This document shows, in pieces, positions 39,464 to 51,205 of a stretch of DNA of 64,000 bases. The notes under the pieces are model-generated. The model saw only the letters and a program-made list of their open reading frames with translations. It had not been told where the DNA came from and searched no databases. The stretch's first letter is position 1. Every line of letters begins with the position of its first letter. The position numbers and the translations under genes were made by a program. Origin of the DNA: Planctomycetota bacterium (lineage in GTDB: Bacteria; Planctomycetota; B15-G4; SIAN01); assembly GCA_028289345.1 (NCBI GenBank), contig JANQQL010000050.1, positions 202,370 to 266,369 of the forward strand, in the 5' to 3' direction.

Positions 39464-39481
39464 GTTCACCACGTGGTGAAC
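39464..39481. promoter_or_regulatory. Perfect 18-bp palindrome, possible operator
   Basis: GTTCACCACGTGGTGAAC in the divergent intergenic region. Confidence 0.4.
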
Positions 39482-39616
39482 AGACCTCCGTGACCCGCAC
39501 GCGGACCCCGACCAGCTCTCCCCCCGATGGCGGTCCCGTGCACCCACGCTGTCGGACCCGGGCATTCTGAGGGAATGCGCTCGGGGCCCACTCGGAAAGT
39601 CCCTATCGTCCTCGCC

Positions 39617-40567
39617 ATGGCTCTCCCTCCGAACCCACTGCAAAGCGTGATCGACCGCCAGGGCACCGTCGTCCTGGATGGCGGTTTGGCCACCGCCCTG
39701 GAAGCTCATGGCTGCAACCTGGACCACGAACTCTGGTCTGCAAAAGTTTTGCAAAGTTCGCCAGAGCTGATCCGCCAGGTGCATCTGGAGTTCTTGCGAG
39801 CCGGAGCCGACTGCATCACCAGCGCCACCTACCAGGCCAGCATTGCCGGGTTCGCCAAGCACGGCATCGACGAGACCGAGGCCCGTCGGCTCTTCACCCT
39901 GGCCACCGAACTCGCGGTCGAAGCCCGCAACGAGTTCCTGAAGGAGGACGCCGCCGCCAACCGAGCCCGCCCGCTGGTCGCCGCCAGCATCGGCCCCTAT
40001 GGCGCCTACCTGGCCGACGGCTCCGAGTACCGGGGTCAGTACGGAGTGTCGGACGAGGAGCTGCGCGAGTTTCACCTGACCCGCTGGGAAGTCCTGGCCG
40101 CGTCGGGCGCAGACCTCCTCGCGTGCGAGACCATTCCCTGTCACCGCGAAACCGAAGTGCTGCTCGACCTACTGACCGAGACTCCGGACCTCTGGGCCTG
40201 GATGAGCTTCACCTGTAAGGATGACACCGACCTCCGGGACGGCGTATCCTTCACCGACGTGGTGCACGCTTGTGACTCGGTGGAGAACGTTGCCGCCATC
40301 GGCATCAACTGCACCTCGCCGGAGTTCGTCTGGCGATTGCTGGACCTGGCCTGTGCCCACACCGACAAGCCCCTCATCGTTTATTCCAATTCGGGCGAGA
40401 CTTACGACACGAAGACTCGTTCCTGGGTCGGCGCGACCAAACCACTCGATTACCCCGCGCTCGTAGCGGAGTGGAAAGACCGCAGTGCTGCCGGAATCGG
40501 CGGCTGCTGTCGAGTGACCGCGGACGACATTGCGACCATTCGCGAGGCGGCCCTCGCACCCGAGTAG
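39617..40567 (+). CDS. mmuM: Homocysteine S-methyltransferase
   Basis: LDGGLAT, SIGPYGAYLADGSEY, ACETIP, GINC, GGCC. Confidence 0.93.
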   Translation: MALPPNPLQSVIDRQGTVVLDGGLATALEAHGCNLDHELWSAKVLQSSPELIRQVHLEFLRAGADCITSATYQASIAGFAKHGIDETEARRLFTLATELAVEARNEFLKEDAAANRARPLVAASIGPYGAYLADGSEYRGQYGVSDEELREFHLTRWEVLAASGADLLACETIPCHRETEVLLDLLTETPDLWAWMSFTCKDDTDLRDGVSFTDVVHACDSVENVAAIGINCTSPEFVWRLLDLACAHTDKPLIVYSNSGETYDTKTRSWVGATKPLDYPALVAEWKDRSAAGIGGCCRVTADDIATIREAALAPE

Positions 40568-40816
40568 CCACGGCGGTTCCTCGATCGGGAAGCCCACGGG
40601 GGGTGGCTTCTCCGGTTTTCCGGCTGCACGACTCGTCAGTGTTCGCGCAGGGACCTTCTCCCTGGCTCGGTCGCCTCGGGTTCGCGCGTCCGATCATCGG
40701 CTCGGCGTGTGGCGATCGACTCGCTCCAGAGCATCAACGAAGCCACCACTCGCGACACGACCCATGGGGCGCTGCCATCTTTGTCGCTTGTTCGCACCGC
40801 TCTACACTCCCCCGGC

Positions 40817-41671
40817 ATGTCGGACACTCCCATGGTTTCGTCTCGCTCGGAGTGTCTGCCTCTGCACTCCGAACCGACCCACTTCGCGACGTTCTACTGC
40901 GACGATTCGCGCTGGGCGCATCGCGTCCATCCTCTGGTCGGCCCGCGCGGTCCCCAGCCAGACTTGTTGGAACCCTTCTGCGACGCCATCCGCTCCTCCC
41001 ATCCGAATGCCACCCTGGTTCTTTTGACCGATTCTCGAACCTCCGCGCCTCGCTGCTTCGATGAAGTGATTCGCCGGGAAGTGGATCCCGAAGCTCTCAT
41101 GCTGGAACGCTTCCGCCACCATCGCCAGTTTCTCGTGGAACAGAGCAGGGGCGCACGAGTCGCCTTCCTGGACAGCGACTGTTTGCTCGTCCGACCTCTG
41201 GACGCGTTTCGTCATTCCTTCGACTTCGCGGTCACTCGACGCACCCAGAGAGGAAGTCGGCCGTTCAACAACGGCGTGCTGCTGGCGCGCACAGAAAACA
41301 AGGCGCCGCTGGTCGCGCTCTACGAGGCACTCCTCACCCGCCTCGGACAACGCCCCCTTTCCGAACAAGCTTGGGGAGGGAACGAACAGGTTCTCGCCTC
41401 GTTGCTCCTCGCCCACGGGAAAGGGCCGAGGATTCGAGTGGGGGAGCTGAGGATCCGAGTGCTGGAAGCCTCTCTCTACAACGCCCTTCCCGAGCACGAC
41501 CAGGGTCGCGAGGTCGCTCGCATCCTTCACTTCGAAGGGGATCGAAAGCCGCAGATGATCCGCGAAGCCCGTCGGCGAATCAGCCCGCGTGGGCCGCCGA
41601 TGCCGCGTTCCCCTGGCCGTTCATGGAAGGAGGCAGCCGGTGCCTTCCCTCGGCAACCCGCCGCGCCATGA
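40817..41671 (+). CDS. GT-A fold nucleotide-diphospho-sugar transferase-like protein
   Basis: VLLTD, FLDSDC (DxD), FNNGV, Q..L, YN, ILHF.G.RK; start uncertain. Confidence 0.65.
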   Translation: MSDTPMVSSRSECLPLHSEPTHFATFYCDDSRWAHRVHPLVGPRGPQPDLLEPFCDAIRSSHPNATLVLLTDSRTSAPRCFDEVIRREVDPEALMLERFRHHRQFLVEQSRGARVAFLDSDCLLVRPLDAFRHSFDFAVTRRTQRGSRPFNNGVLLARTENKAPLVALYEALLTRLGQRPLSEQAWGGNEQVLASLLLAHGKGPRIRVGELRIRVLEASLYNALPEHDQGREVARILHFEGDRKPQMIREARRRISPRGPPMPRSPGRSWKEAAGAFPRQPAAP

Positions 41672-42335
41672 GAAACTCCGCGACCGCCAGGTCCTCGCGA
41701 GTGTGAACGTCGATGCCGGAGGCGGAATCGTCGTTCGGCAGGATCCACACCCGATCGCCCAGCCGTCGCCCCTGGCGAATCCATGACGCTCGAGTGGCGC
41801 AACCAAGCCCGGTGTCCTCCCGCACGAACTCTGCTCCCTTCTGTCGAGGCTGGTAATCGGTCGCTCCCACACGCCCCCATTCCCCGTCGGTCCACTTCCA
41901 GTAATGCTTGTGAGTGGGGTGTCCCACGAACGCCGAGTCGAGTTCGGGAAAATCGAGGAGGCGCTGCACGCACTGATCGATCCACTCGGGACACCGAAAC
42001 AAATCGGTGCACTGAAGGTAGACCACCACATCCGCGCGCCAGTCTTCGTGGGACTCCAGCCAGCCCAGGGCATGTTGCAGCACGGACTCTGCACTGGCCG
42101 TGTCGTGGGAAAGCTCCTCGGGCCGAAGGAAGGGGGCCTCGGCACCGTAGTACCGGCCAACTTCCGCATACTTCGCCGAGTCGGTGGACAGCAGAACTCG
42201 TTCCACCAGCGACGACTGCCGGGCGTGGAACACCGTGTGGCCGATCAACGGCACTCCACACACCTCACGGAGGTTCTTGTCCGAAAGCCCGGTCGAACCC
42301 GACCGAGCAGCAATGATGGCAACAACGTGGGTCAT
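41580..42335 (-). CDS. CMP-ulosonic acid synthetase (NeuA/KdsB-like cytidylyltransferase)
   Basis: IIAARSGS..L.DKN, STD, PFLRP.ELS.D, LQCT..FR, IDVHT.ED. Confidence 0.88.
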   Translation of the reverse strand: MTHVVAIIAARSGSTGLSDKNLREVCGVPLIGHTVFHARQSSLVERVLLSTDSAKYAEVGRYYGAEAPFLRPEELSHDTASAESVLQHALGWLESHEDWRADVVVYLQCTDLFRCPEWIDQCVQRLLDFPELDSAFVGHPTHKHYWKWTDGEWGRVGATDYQPRQKGAEFVREDTGLGCATRASWIRQGRRLGDRVWILPNDDSASGIDVHTREDLAVAEFLMARRVAEGRHRLPPSMNGQGNAASAAHAG

Positions 42336-42675
42336 CGATTCCTTTCGATTTGTCCATGCATGGTGAGTTCCAGAAGGGCGGAGGAATGCCACCTCCCGCC
42401 ATTCCTCCCCAACGACAAACGCTGCGTGCCACGGAAAGAGAGTCCAGGGCGGTCAGCCATAGAGATTGAGAAACGGCGGATCTTAGGTAAGGGTCCGCGA
42501 CGGTCTCGGGAAGGCCTTTGGTGGCCTTGCGCGGTTCATAGCAAAGCGAGTAGGCCGACTCGATCGCTCTCACAGGAACAAGCGGTCTTCCCCAGCCTCG
42601 TCCCTCGTCATGTCGACACCAACCTCATTGAACACGTGCCACCATCGTGTCAGGTTGAGAGCGGGAGGAGAAACC

Positions 42676-43587
42676 ATGAAGCAACCGGCACGAGTGATGA
42701 AGACCTACGATCGAGTTCGGCAGCAGGCGAATCGGGGCCGAACCGTGATCAATGTTTCCGGGAAGCCGATTGGTGGCAACGAGATCGCCATCTTCGCGGG
42801 GCCCTGCTCGGTCGAAACCGAAGAGCAAGTCTGGTCCACCGCGCGCTGGGTCCATTCCCAAGGTGCACAGTTCTTCCGCGCCGGCGCCTACAAGCCCGCG
42901 ACCTACCCGTACGCCTTTCGAGGCCACGGACGCGATGCTCTGCGCCTCCTTCAACAAGTGTCGCGAGAGCTCGACCTCCCCGTGGTCACAGAGGTCATGG
43001 ATCCGCGCGACGTGGAAGAAGTCGTCGAATTCGCCGACATCCTGCAAATCGGGACCCGCAACAGTCAGAACTATCGGTTGCTCAGCGAGGTCGGCAAGAC
43101 GCGCAAACCGGTGTTCCTGAAACGCGGAACTTGGATGACCTTGGACGAATTCCTCGGAGCCGCCGAATACATCGCTCAGCAAGGCAATGACCAAGTGATC
43201 CTGTGTGAGCGAGGCATTCTTTCACCGACTCTCAATACGCCTTCCAACGAGAAACGCACCCGCTGGCGGCTGGACCTGCAGATCGTGCCCGAACTCAAGC
43301 AACGAAGCCACTTGCCCGTCGTCGTCGACCCGAGCCACGGCACCGGCGATCGAGACTTCGTGACCGACCTGGCTCGGGCGGGGGTCGCGGTCGGAGCCGA
43401 CGGACTGATGATCGAAACCCATCCATTTCCCGACGAATCGATCTCCGACAGTGCCCAGGCCCTGTCGTTCGAAGCCTTCGCCGATTTGATGAAACAGGTC
43501 GGAGGAATCGCTCGGGCGATGGGGCGGAGCTTTCCCGTGGCTTCCGAAGCCACTCTTAGTTCGACGACGGCGGCAGGCCAGGGCTGA
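42676..43587 (+). CDS. DAHP synthase type I-beta-like aldolase with altered KPR(S/T) motif
   Basis: AGPCSVE, QIGTRN, LKRG, CERG, DPSH, HP.P..SISD; GGAGGAG RBS; KPATYP in place of KPRTSP. Confidence 0.85.
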   Translation: MKQPARVMKTYDRVRQQANRGRTVINVSGKPIGGNEIAIFAGPCSVETEEQVWSTARWVHSQGAQFFRAGAYKPATYPYAFRGHGRDALRLLQQVSRELDLPVVTEVMDPRDVEEVVEFADILQIGTRNSQNYRLLSEVGKTRKPVFLKRGTWMTLDEFLGAAEYIAQQGNDQVILCERGILSPTLNTPSNEKRTRWRLDLQIVPELKQRSHLPVVVDPSHGTGDRDFVTDLARAGVAVGADGLMIETHPFPDESISDSAQALSFEAFADLMKQVGGIARAMGRSFPVASEATLSSTTAAGQG

Positions 43588-43945
43588 CTTTCAAGGTCTT
43601 CGCCCGGCGAATCGTGACCTCGCCCACCGGGCTGCCGCGAGTCTTGGTCACATCGCAGCCACGGGTCACGGACACCGGCACCTTCTTGGCGTTCCGAGCT
43701 TTGCTGTGCCAGGCCGCCACCGACGCAGCTCCTCGCAAGGCGGTCGCGTCCGGCTCGCGCCCTTCTTCTTGCAACAGCAAAACGTGGGATCCGGGGCAGC
43801 CCGAGGCGTGAAACCAATAGTCCTTCGGCTTCGCGAAGCGGAGGCTCAGGAACTCGTTGTCAGCATCGGTCTTGCCCGCGAGAACGGTCCAGCCGCCCTC
43901 CAATTCGTAGCGACGGAAACGCCGCGAATCGATTTCTCGGTCCAT
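43556..43945 (-). CDS. NFACT RNA-binding domain (DUF814) protein
   Basis: [28 protein letters not shown]. Confidence 0.88.
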   Translation of the reverse strand: MDREIDSRRFRRYELEGGWTVLAGKTDADNEFLSLRFAKPKDYWFHASGCPGSHVLLLQEEGREPDATALRGAASVAAWHSKARNAKKVPVSVTRGCDVTKTRGSPVGEVTIRRAKTLKVSPGLPPSSN

Positions 43946-43965
43946 TCGGTCCTCGCCACTTCCGA

Positions 43966-45375
<1,410 letters not shown>

Positions 45376-45530
45376 GACACGCCCCTTCGTACTGACGAAT
45401 CGTCCCGCTCACCCACGGGGACCGAGCCGCGGATCTTAGAGAATCACCCACCGGGCTTTTTCAGAGAGTGGCAGAGATCCGGAGAGCCCCTTTGAGGGCG
45501 AAGCTCTGGGTGCCGGAGCCGGAGACACTC

Positions 45531-46274
45531 TCAACGGGAGGCGAGGGCTTCCCGGACTGCGGGCCAGCGGCGGCGGCTCACCCGGACCCGGCTGCCCTCG
45601 GAAAGGGTCAACTCCTGCCCGCCGTCCGACAGCGCTCGGCGCTGGGCAATCGCCGTCATCTGCACCAGGGCTCCCCGATGCACCCGCAGGAACCCGTGGT
45701 CGGCGAGCAGATCCTCCATGGCCTGCATGGTCTGGCGCACCAAATGAGTGCGTCCACGGGCGTGGATCATCAGGTAATGGTCGCAGGCTTCCACCCAGCA
45801 CACTTCCTCGGGCCTCAAGAACAATTCGCCGCCGCTGGTCTTGAAGGCAAGAGGGGGCCGACTCGCGCCCGCGGCCGAGGGTGGCCCGGCGCGGCGCCAA
45901 GCAAGCCGCTCTTCCGCGCGTGCCAAGGACTGTTCGAAACGCGCGGTGTCGAATGGCTTCACCAGGTAATCGAGGGCATCGTACTCGAACGCCTGCAGCG
46001 CGTAGCGATCGAACGCGGTCACCAAGATCACGTAGGGACGCCTCGCCACATCAAGCCGCTTGGTCAGCTCCGCCAGAAGCTGAATGCCGTTGAGCTCCGG
46101 CATGCGAACGTCCAGAAACACCAGGTCGACAGGATCGGACAGCAGCAACCGCAGCGCCCGCTCGGAGTCTCCGAGCGACCACAAGCTTTCGAACCCGTCT
46201 CGAGACCCGAGCAACGCTTCCAAGTTGCGTCGGGCGAGCGGCTCGTCGTCGACGATTGCACAGCGAACGGTCAC
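45531..46274 (-). CDS. LytTR-family response regulator
   Basis: VDDEPLAR, FLDVRMP, TAFD, DYLVKP, FLRVHR, VSRR. Confidence 0.93.
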   Translation of the reverse strand: MTVRCAIVDDEPLARRNLEALLGSRDGFESLWSLGDSERALRLLLSDPVDLVFLDVRMPELNGIQLLAELTKRLDVARRPYVILVTAFDRYALQAFEYDALDYLVKPFDTARFEQSLARAEERLAWRRAGPPSAAGASRPPLAFKTSGGELFLRPEEVCWVEACDHYLMIHARGRTHLVRQTMQAMEDLLADHGFLRVHRGALVQMTAIAQRRALSDGGQELTLSEGSRVRVSRRRWPAVREALASR

Positions 46275-47404
46275 GACGCGTCCTTCCCGGAAACGAGAAG
46301 CTCTCCCGCAGAACCGATCGGTTCCAGCGGCCAGCGCAGGGTCACTCGGGTCCCGCCGGTCTCTGGCACCGACGCGGTCATGGAGAACCGCTCGCCATAC
46401 AGCTCTCTCAAACGCGACCGGGTGTTGCCCCAGCCAATGCGCTCGCGGGCCTCAGGGCTCACTCCGGGTCCGTCGTCCTCGACTTCGACCACCAGGTCGC
46501 CGTGGTCCTCGCGAACGCGCAACACCACCGAGCCCCCCGCCGCCCGTTGTTCCACACCATGCACGATGGCATTTTCGACCAGCGGCTGGAGCACCCAACG
46601 GGGAAAGGACACGACTCGAAGTGCGTCGTCCACCTCGAGCCGCACCTGAAGTCGATCCTCGAAGCGGCAGCGCTCGATTTCCAAGTAGTGATCCAGAGCT
46701 TGCAGTTCTGCTTCCAGAGAAGCCTCTCCCTCTTCTTTCGAATCCAACGAGCCGCGCAGGAAATCTCCCAAGCGTCCGAGGATTCCCAAGGCCTTCTCGC
46801 CCTGGTTGCCGCGGATCAAGCCGCTCACCGCATGCAGCGAGTTGAACAAGAAGTGCGGGCTCATTTGCATGCGCAACACTGTCAACCGCGCTTCGGTCAG
46901 TTGTTCCTTCATGCGAGACGCGTGCAACCGCTCCTCTTCGATCAGTGCGGCTTGGTCGAACGCGATGCGTGCCACGACCACCAGCCAGTAGAACATGGTC
47001 TTGGCGAGGAAGAAGTAGTAGGACGACACCCGCAGCGCGTTGGTGAACCCGAAGTCGGTCCCCACCCAAACACCATGCAGCCCCCAGAACAGGGCTGCGA
47101 AGGCGGTGGTCAAGAGCGCCGAGAACGCCACGGACGCCATGAGGTGGGTTGCCAAGCCGGTCACCCAACGGGAACTGATCACCGGGAATCGTCCGGCCAA
47201 CCTCCAGATCCAAGGAGCCGCGACGATCCAAAGCGCCGCGCAGAGAAAGCCCTGCACGACCACAAAGGGAATCGAGGTGATGCGACCGGCGATGGCGTCG
47301 CTGACCACAAAAGCGCCACCGAGGAAGGTGCCGAGAACCAACCAAGCCACGATCCCCCATTTCCGGCGCTGGCGCAGGAACTCCTGAGGGCTCTTGGTTG
47401 GCAT
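46271..47404 (-). CDS. LytS/YehU-type histidine kinase
   Basis: QMSPHFLFNSL, LQPLVENAIVHG, DDGPG; N-terminal TM helices. Confidence 0.92.
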   Translation of the reverse strand: MPTKSPQEFLRQRRKWGIVAWLVLGTFLGGAFVVSDAIAGRITSIPFVVVQGFLCAALWIVAAPWIWRLAGRFPVISSRWVTGLATHLMASVAFSALLTTAFAALFWGLHGVWVGTDFGFTNALRVSSYYFFLAKTMFYWLVVVARIAFDQAALIEEERLHASRMKEQLTEARLTVLRMQMSPHFLFNSLHAVSGLIRGNQGEKALGILGRLGDFLRGSLDSKEEGEASLEAELQALDHYLEIERCRFEDRLQVRLEVDDALRVVSFPRWVLQPLVENAIVHGVEQRAAGGSVVLRVREDHGDLVVEVEDDGPGVSPEARERIGWGNTRSRLRELYGERFSMTASVPETGGTRVTLRWPLEPIGSAGELLVSGKDAS

Positions 47405-47847
47405 CACTCGACTCCCGTGAGAGGAAAGGTGACCGATTTTCGATTCGTCAGCATCCCTTTTCAGAAACGGCATGTTGCTAGAGCACGCTGCCACTTGCCA
47501 ACGGTCGCTTCTGTGTCGCGATCGGATCCCGGGTTGTCGCGAACGGCGGGGGCAGAGCCCTGGAGGAAGGGAAGGGTCTCAGCCCCTCACCGCCATCTCT
47601 ACGAATCGCCGCGGACATTGTTGTTTTCGAGTCTCTCGGGATCATTCGAAGACTCAGCCCGGTGGAAACCAGCGCAGCCACCAGGGGGGCGAAAAACCTC
47701 GGTACCGCCCGGTCGGTCCAAGAAGACTCGGGTGGCCCATCCATCGATTTCCGTGTCTACCGAGCAATCGGACCGCAGGCGAACCGATGGATTCGTCGAG
47801 GACTCGAGGGCGAAGACCAGGACGGAAACGGAAGGTCGGGAGTCCAG

Positions 47848-48933
47848 CTAGCTCCCCGAGGGCAGCCGTCGCAACAGGAACGGAGCAATGGTGCGGGCGG
47901 CCAAGCGGTGAGCGACGTCGTTTGGGGCAGGGTCCTCGGGATGAACCCAGAGGTCTGTCGCTTCCTGGCCGCGAAAGGCCGGCAGCAAATCCAACATGCC
48001 AATCCCTTGGTTCTGGCAATGGGTGCTCAGCTTTTCGTGGAGCCGGTGGAACGGGTAGGAATCCGAGAGGTTGTGCAAGAAAGGGAACAACACGACGCAG
48101 AACTCTCCCCCGCTGGCCTGCACGATTTGCTTGGCGTGAGTGAGGAGCGACAAACTGTTCTCCCAACGTGCGGCTTGGCTCGAACCGAGCATCACCGACT
48201 CTTCCAAGAAGCGACGCGTCTGAGTTCGACGATCGAACACCTCGTGGGCGCAGTTGGCCAGGGATGACCATTTGCCGAAGCCCGGGTTCTCGGGATTGCG
48301 GTACTCGTTCCACAGTTGCAGCTCGCCCAAGTCCCGAGTGTCGTCCAGGGTCGTGACCATGAGCACCACATCGGGATTGAACTCGAGGCCCCGAAACTGC
48401 AGGTAGTTGAGTTCGTCTTCGGTGTTCCACGGACCCACGGCGCAGACATACACCTCCACGGCCAAACCGTAGTGATGCTCGAGCACCGACTCGAGCTGCT
48501 TCCCCATGGTGTGTTCGAGGTGCACGCCTTCTCCGAAAGCGACCGCATCTCCGAGAATCATGACCCTCGGCACCCCCGGAGTCCGCTCCGCGCAGAAATC
48601 CGAACCGCGAAAGCCCTCGCTGTTCAACACGCAGGTCACTTCGCCGTGAAACCCGAAGTAGCCGCGGGGGTTGGACGGGTACACGAAATGCACTTCGGAT
48701 CCGGGATGGAGCTGAGTGCTCACTCCCGTGACCCGGTTGCGGGGCAAGCGGATGAGCGCCGCCTCGAATCCATGGGCCGTCGGGGTTCCGCTGGCCTGTC
48801 CGATGCCAATCAAACGAAACACACCCTCGGCGCTTAGTAGCGCGCCCAGGGCAAAGATTGGCGCCACCCACCAACGACTCCAGCGCGGGTGAGCCAGGTT
48901 GATCGAGATCGGAAAGAGTTTCGCCATCGACAA
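47848..48933 (-). CDS. SGNH/GDSL-fold protein lacking catalytic residues
   Basis: NSEGFRG, ILGDA (for GDS), G.WNT..E, DPAPN (for DxHPN). Confidence 0.75.
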   Translation of the reverse strand: MSMAKLFPISINLAHPRWSRWWVAPIFALGALLSAEGVFRLIGIGQASGTPTAHGFEAALIRLPRNRVTGVSTQLHPGSEVHFVYPSNPRGYFGFHGEVTCVLNSEGFRGSDFCAERTPGVPRVMILGDAVAFGEGVHLEHTMGKQLESVLEHHYGLAVEVYVCAVGPWNTEDELNYLQFRGLEFNPDVVLMVTTLDDTRDLGELQLWNEYRNPENPGFGKWSSLANCAHEVFDRRTQTRRFLEESVMLGSSQAARWENSLSLLTHAKQIVQASGGEFCVVLFPFLHNLSDSYPFHRLHEKLSTHCQNQGIGMLDLLPAFRGQEATDLWVHPEDPAPNDVAHRLAARTIAPFLLRRLPSGS

Positions 48934-48972
48934 CGGTCCCGTGTTCTCTTTCGGCCGGGGCGGGGCCCGTGC

Positions 48973-49797
48973 TCAGAGGAAAACGGAGAGCCGGCGGAAG
49001 GCGTCCTCGGCGATCTGGGCGGCGCGGTGGCTGTCCCGGGACAGCTCGACCCCGAGAGGACCGGAATATCCCTGAGCCCGAAGCTGGCGGAGCACCGAGG
49101 CGAAGTCGATTTCCCCCTCGCCGATGGGCAGGTGTTCGTGCACTCCACGGTGACCGTCGTCGAGCTGCACGTTGCGCAAAGTGGCCTGAAACTCTTCCAG
49201 GTGATCGGCGGGTTGACCGGGTTCCGTGGCCAGGAGATGCCCGACGTCGAGAGTCGTCGCCAAATCATCCCTGCCCAAACGGCGGCGCAGCTCTCGGTAA
49301 CTGGCGAGATCCCCCACCAGCATGCCGGGCTCCGGCTCCAGGGCGACGACCACCCCCCGCTCGGTCGCGCTGTCGAGCACGTGGGGCAAGCGCTGCTCCA
49401 ACAACTCCCAAGCCCGTTCCTGGGAAGTGCCCGGCTCCGGAGCCCCGCTCCAGAGGGAGATCAGGTTCGCCCCGACCCCTTGGGCCAGACGGCAGCAGTC
49501 CGCGTAGTACTCCAGCCGCCGCTGGGCTGCCGACTCGTCGGCGGTCACCAAGTTGGGCCAGTGCTTGCGACGAGGGTCGAGGACGTAGCGCGCCCCGGTT
49601 TCGACGACACAGCGCAAGCCGAGGTCCTCGAGCAGTTGTCGAAAGGCGGACCAGTCGTCCGGGCCGGTCGCGCGCAGATCGAGGTGAGGCACGTCCGGAG
49701 TCAGCGCGACTCCGCCGTAGCCCAGATCCGCCAGCATTCGGACCGCGTCTTCCAGTCGATGGTGGGCCAGGCCATTGGTGTTGTAGGCCAGGTACAT
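48973..49797 (-). CDS. Sugar phosphate isomerase/epimerase (xylose isomerase-like TIM barrel)
   Basis: AYNTNG, ETGARY.LDP..KH.P, LEPEPG, DVGH, HEHL, VELSR. Confidence 0.85.
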   Translation of the reverse strand: MYLAYNTNGLAHHRLEDAVRMLADLGYGGVALTPDVPHLDLRATGPDDWSAFRQLLEDLGLRCVVETGARYVLDPRRKHWPNLVTADESAAQRRLEYYADCCRLAQGVGANLISLWSGAPEPGTSQERAWELLEQRLPHVLDSATERGVVVALEPEPGMLVGDLASYRELRRRLGRDDLATTLDVGHLLATEPGQPADHLEEFQATLRNVQLDDGHRGVHEHLPIGEGEIDFASVLRQLRAQGYSGPLGVELSRDSHRAAQIAEDAFRRLSVFL

Positions 49798-49817
49798 GGA
49801 CGACGAGGGCGGCCCAC

Positions 49818-51197
49818 TCATCGGGCTCGCTCCAGCAACGACGCGTAGCCACCGTCCCCACCATCATCTTCGGGAAGGGTCTCGTGAGATTCGATCAATG
49901 CGAAGTCGGTCGAGCTCTCCAAGAACCGTCGAACTTGCTGCGTGTTCTCTTCGTCTTCGATGCTGCAGGTCGAGTACAGCAGCTTGCCGCCCGGAGCCAC
50001 TCGAGCCGCGGCCTTCTTCAGCAAGTCGCCCTGCAATTGTCGCAAGGTCTCCAGGTGCTTGGCATCGAGACGATCCCGAGCTTCGGGGCGTCGCCGCAAG
50101 ACCCCGCTGTTGGAACAGGGCGCGTCCAGCAAGACCCCGTCAAAGCCGGTATCGAACGGTGCGGGAAACGGCTCCGGGTCCCGGGCATCCGCCTGAACCA
50201 CGGACACCGACTTCACTCCCAGCCGCAGGACGGTTTCCTTCAACCGATCGACCCGGCTCTCTTCCCGGTCGACTGCCAGGATCTGCGCCTGATCCCCGCT
50301 GAGTTCGGCCAAGTGGGTTGCCTTGCCCCCGGGTGCGGCGCACAAGTCCAAGTACTTGTGATGGGGCTCCGGGCCCAATAGAGGAGCGATCGCCATGGCT
50401 GTTTCGTCCTGCACGGTGCACCGGCCACTGCGGAACGCCTTGCTGCGCACCAGTTCCGCGGCAGGTGCCGCGACGACGATGGACTCGGGAAGCTTGCCCT
50501 CCAAGCAGCGAATGCCTTCGCCGCGAAGCTGCTCCAGCGTGTGCTCTCGATCCCTTCCCAATAGATTGGCTCGCACGAACAGCGGCGCTGGACGGTTGTT
50601 TCGATGCAACAGTTCTTCACAGCGCTCCCGACCCCAGCGATCCAGCCAGCGCTGAACCATCTCGGCCGGATGATTGGTGATCGCCGCCAAATACTCCGCC
50701 GGCTGTTGCTCAGGATCGGGGAACACCGGGCGCGAGAAGAAGCACACCTTCTTGTCGCGGATCAGCAGCCGCTTGGTCTCGGACGCGCCGCCTCGATCGC
50801 GGTCCAAGGGAACGCGACGAATCTGGCGATCCATGGCCCGCAGAACTCCGTTCACGAAACTTCGCCGGCGGGGCGGGCCCGACAGCTGGGCGACCGTTTC
50901 ATGGATCGCAGCGAACGCGGGAACTCCGTCCAAGTACAGCAACTGGTAGAGGCCCAGACGCAGGGATTGGAGGACCGCCCGTTCCAACTCGTCGAGAGGC
51001 ACTCGCGAGTAGGCAGCGAGGATGGCGTCCAAGGTCCGACGGTGACGAAGCACGCCCAGGACCAGCTCCGTCAGGAACCCGCGCTCCCGCTTCTTAAGGT
51101 TCTTTTCCTGACAGGCTTGGTGAATGCGCTCGGTCGCGAATCCTCGCGAACCGCGTTCGAGGTCCCCCAGAATTCGCGTGGCGACGGCGCGCACCAT
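49818..51197 (-). CDS. rsmB: 16S rRNA m5C967 methyltransferase
   Basis: NusB-like N-terminus, VQD, DLCAAPGGK, DAPCS, YSTCS. Confidence 0.92.
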   Translation of the reverse strand: MVRAVATRILGDLERGSRGFATERIHQACQEKNLKKRERGFLTELVLGVLRHRRTLDAILAAYSRVPLDELERAVLQSLRLGLYQLLYLDGVPAFAAIHETVAQLSGPPRRRSFVNGVLRAMDRQIRRVPLDRDRGGASETKRLLIRDKKVCFFSRPVFPDPEQQPAEYLAAITNHPAEMVQRWLDRWGRERCEELLHRNNRPAPLFVRANLLGRDREHTLEQLRGEGIRCLEGKLPESIVVAAPAAELVRSKAFRSGRCTVQDETAMAIAPLLGPEPHHKYLDLCAAPGGKATHLAELSGDQAQILAVDREESRVDRLKETVLRLGVKSVSVVQADARDPEPFPAPFDTGFDGVLLDAPCSNSGVLRRRPEARDRLDAKHLETLRQLQGDLLKKAAARVAPGGKLLYSTCSIEDEENTQQVRRFLESSTDFALIESHETLPEDDGGDGGYASLLERAR

Positions 51198-51205
51198 GGC
51201 GAGCC

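Noticed and set aside
39177..39616. SAM riboswitch upstream of mmuM
   Set aside because: No SAM-I/II consensus elements recognised by eye
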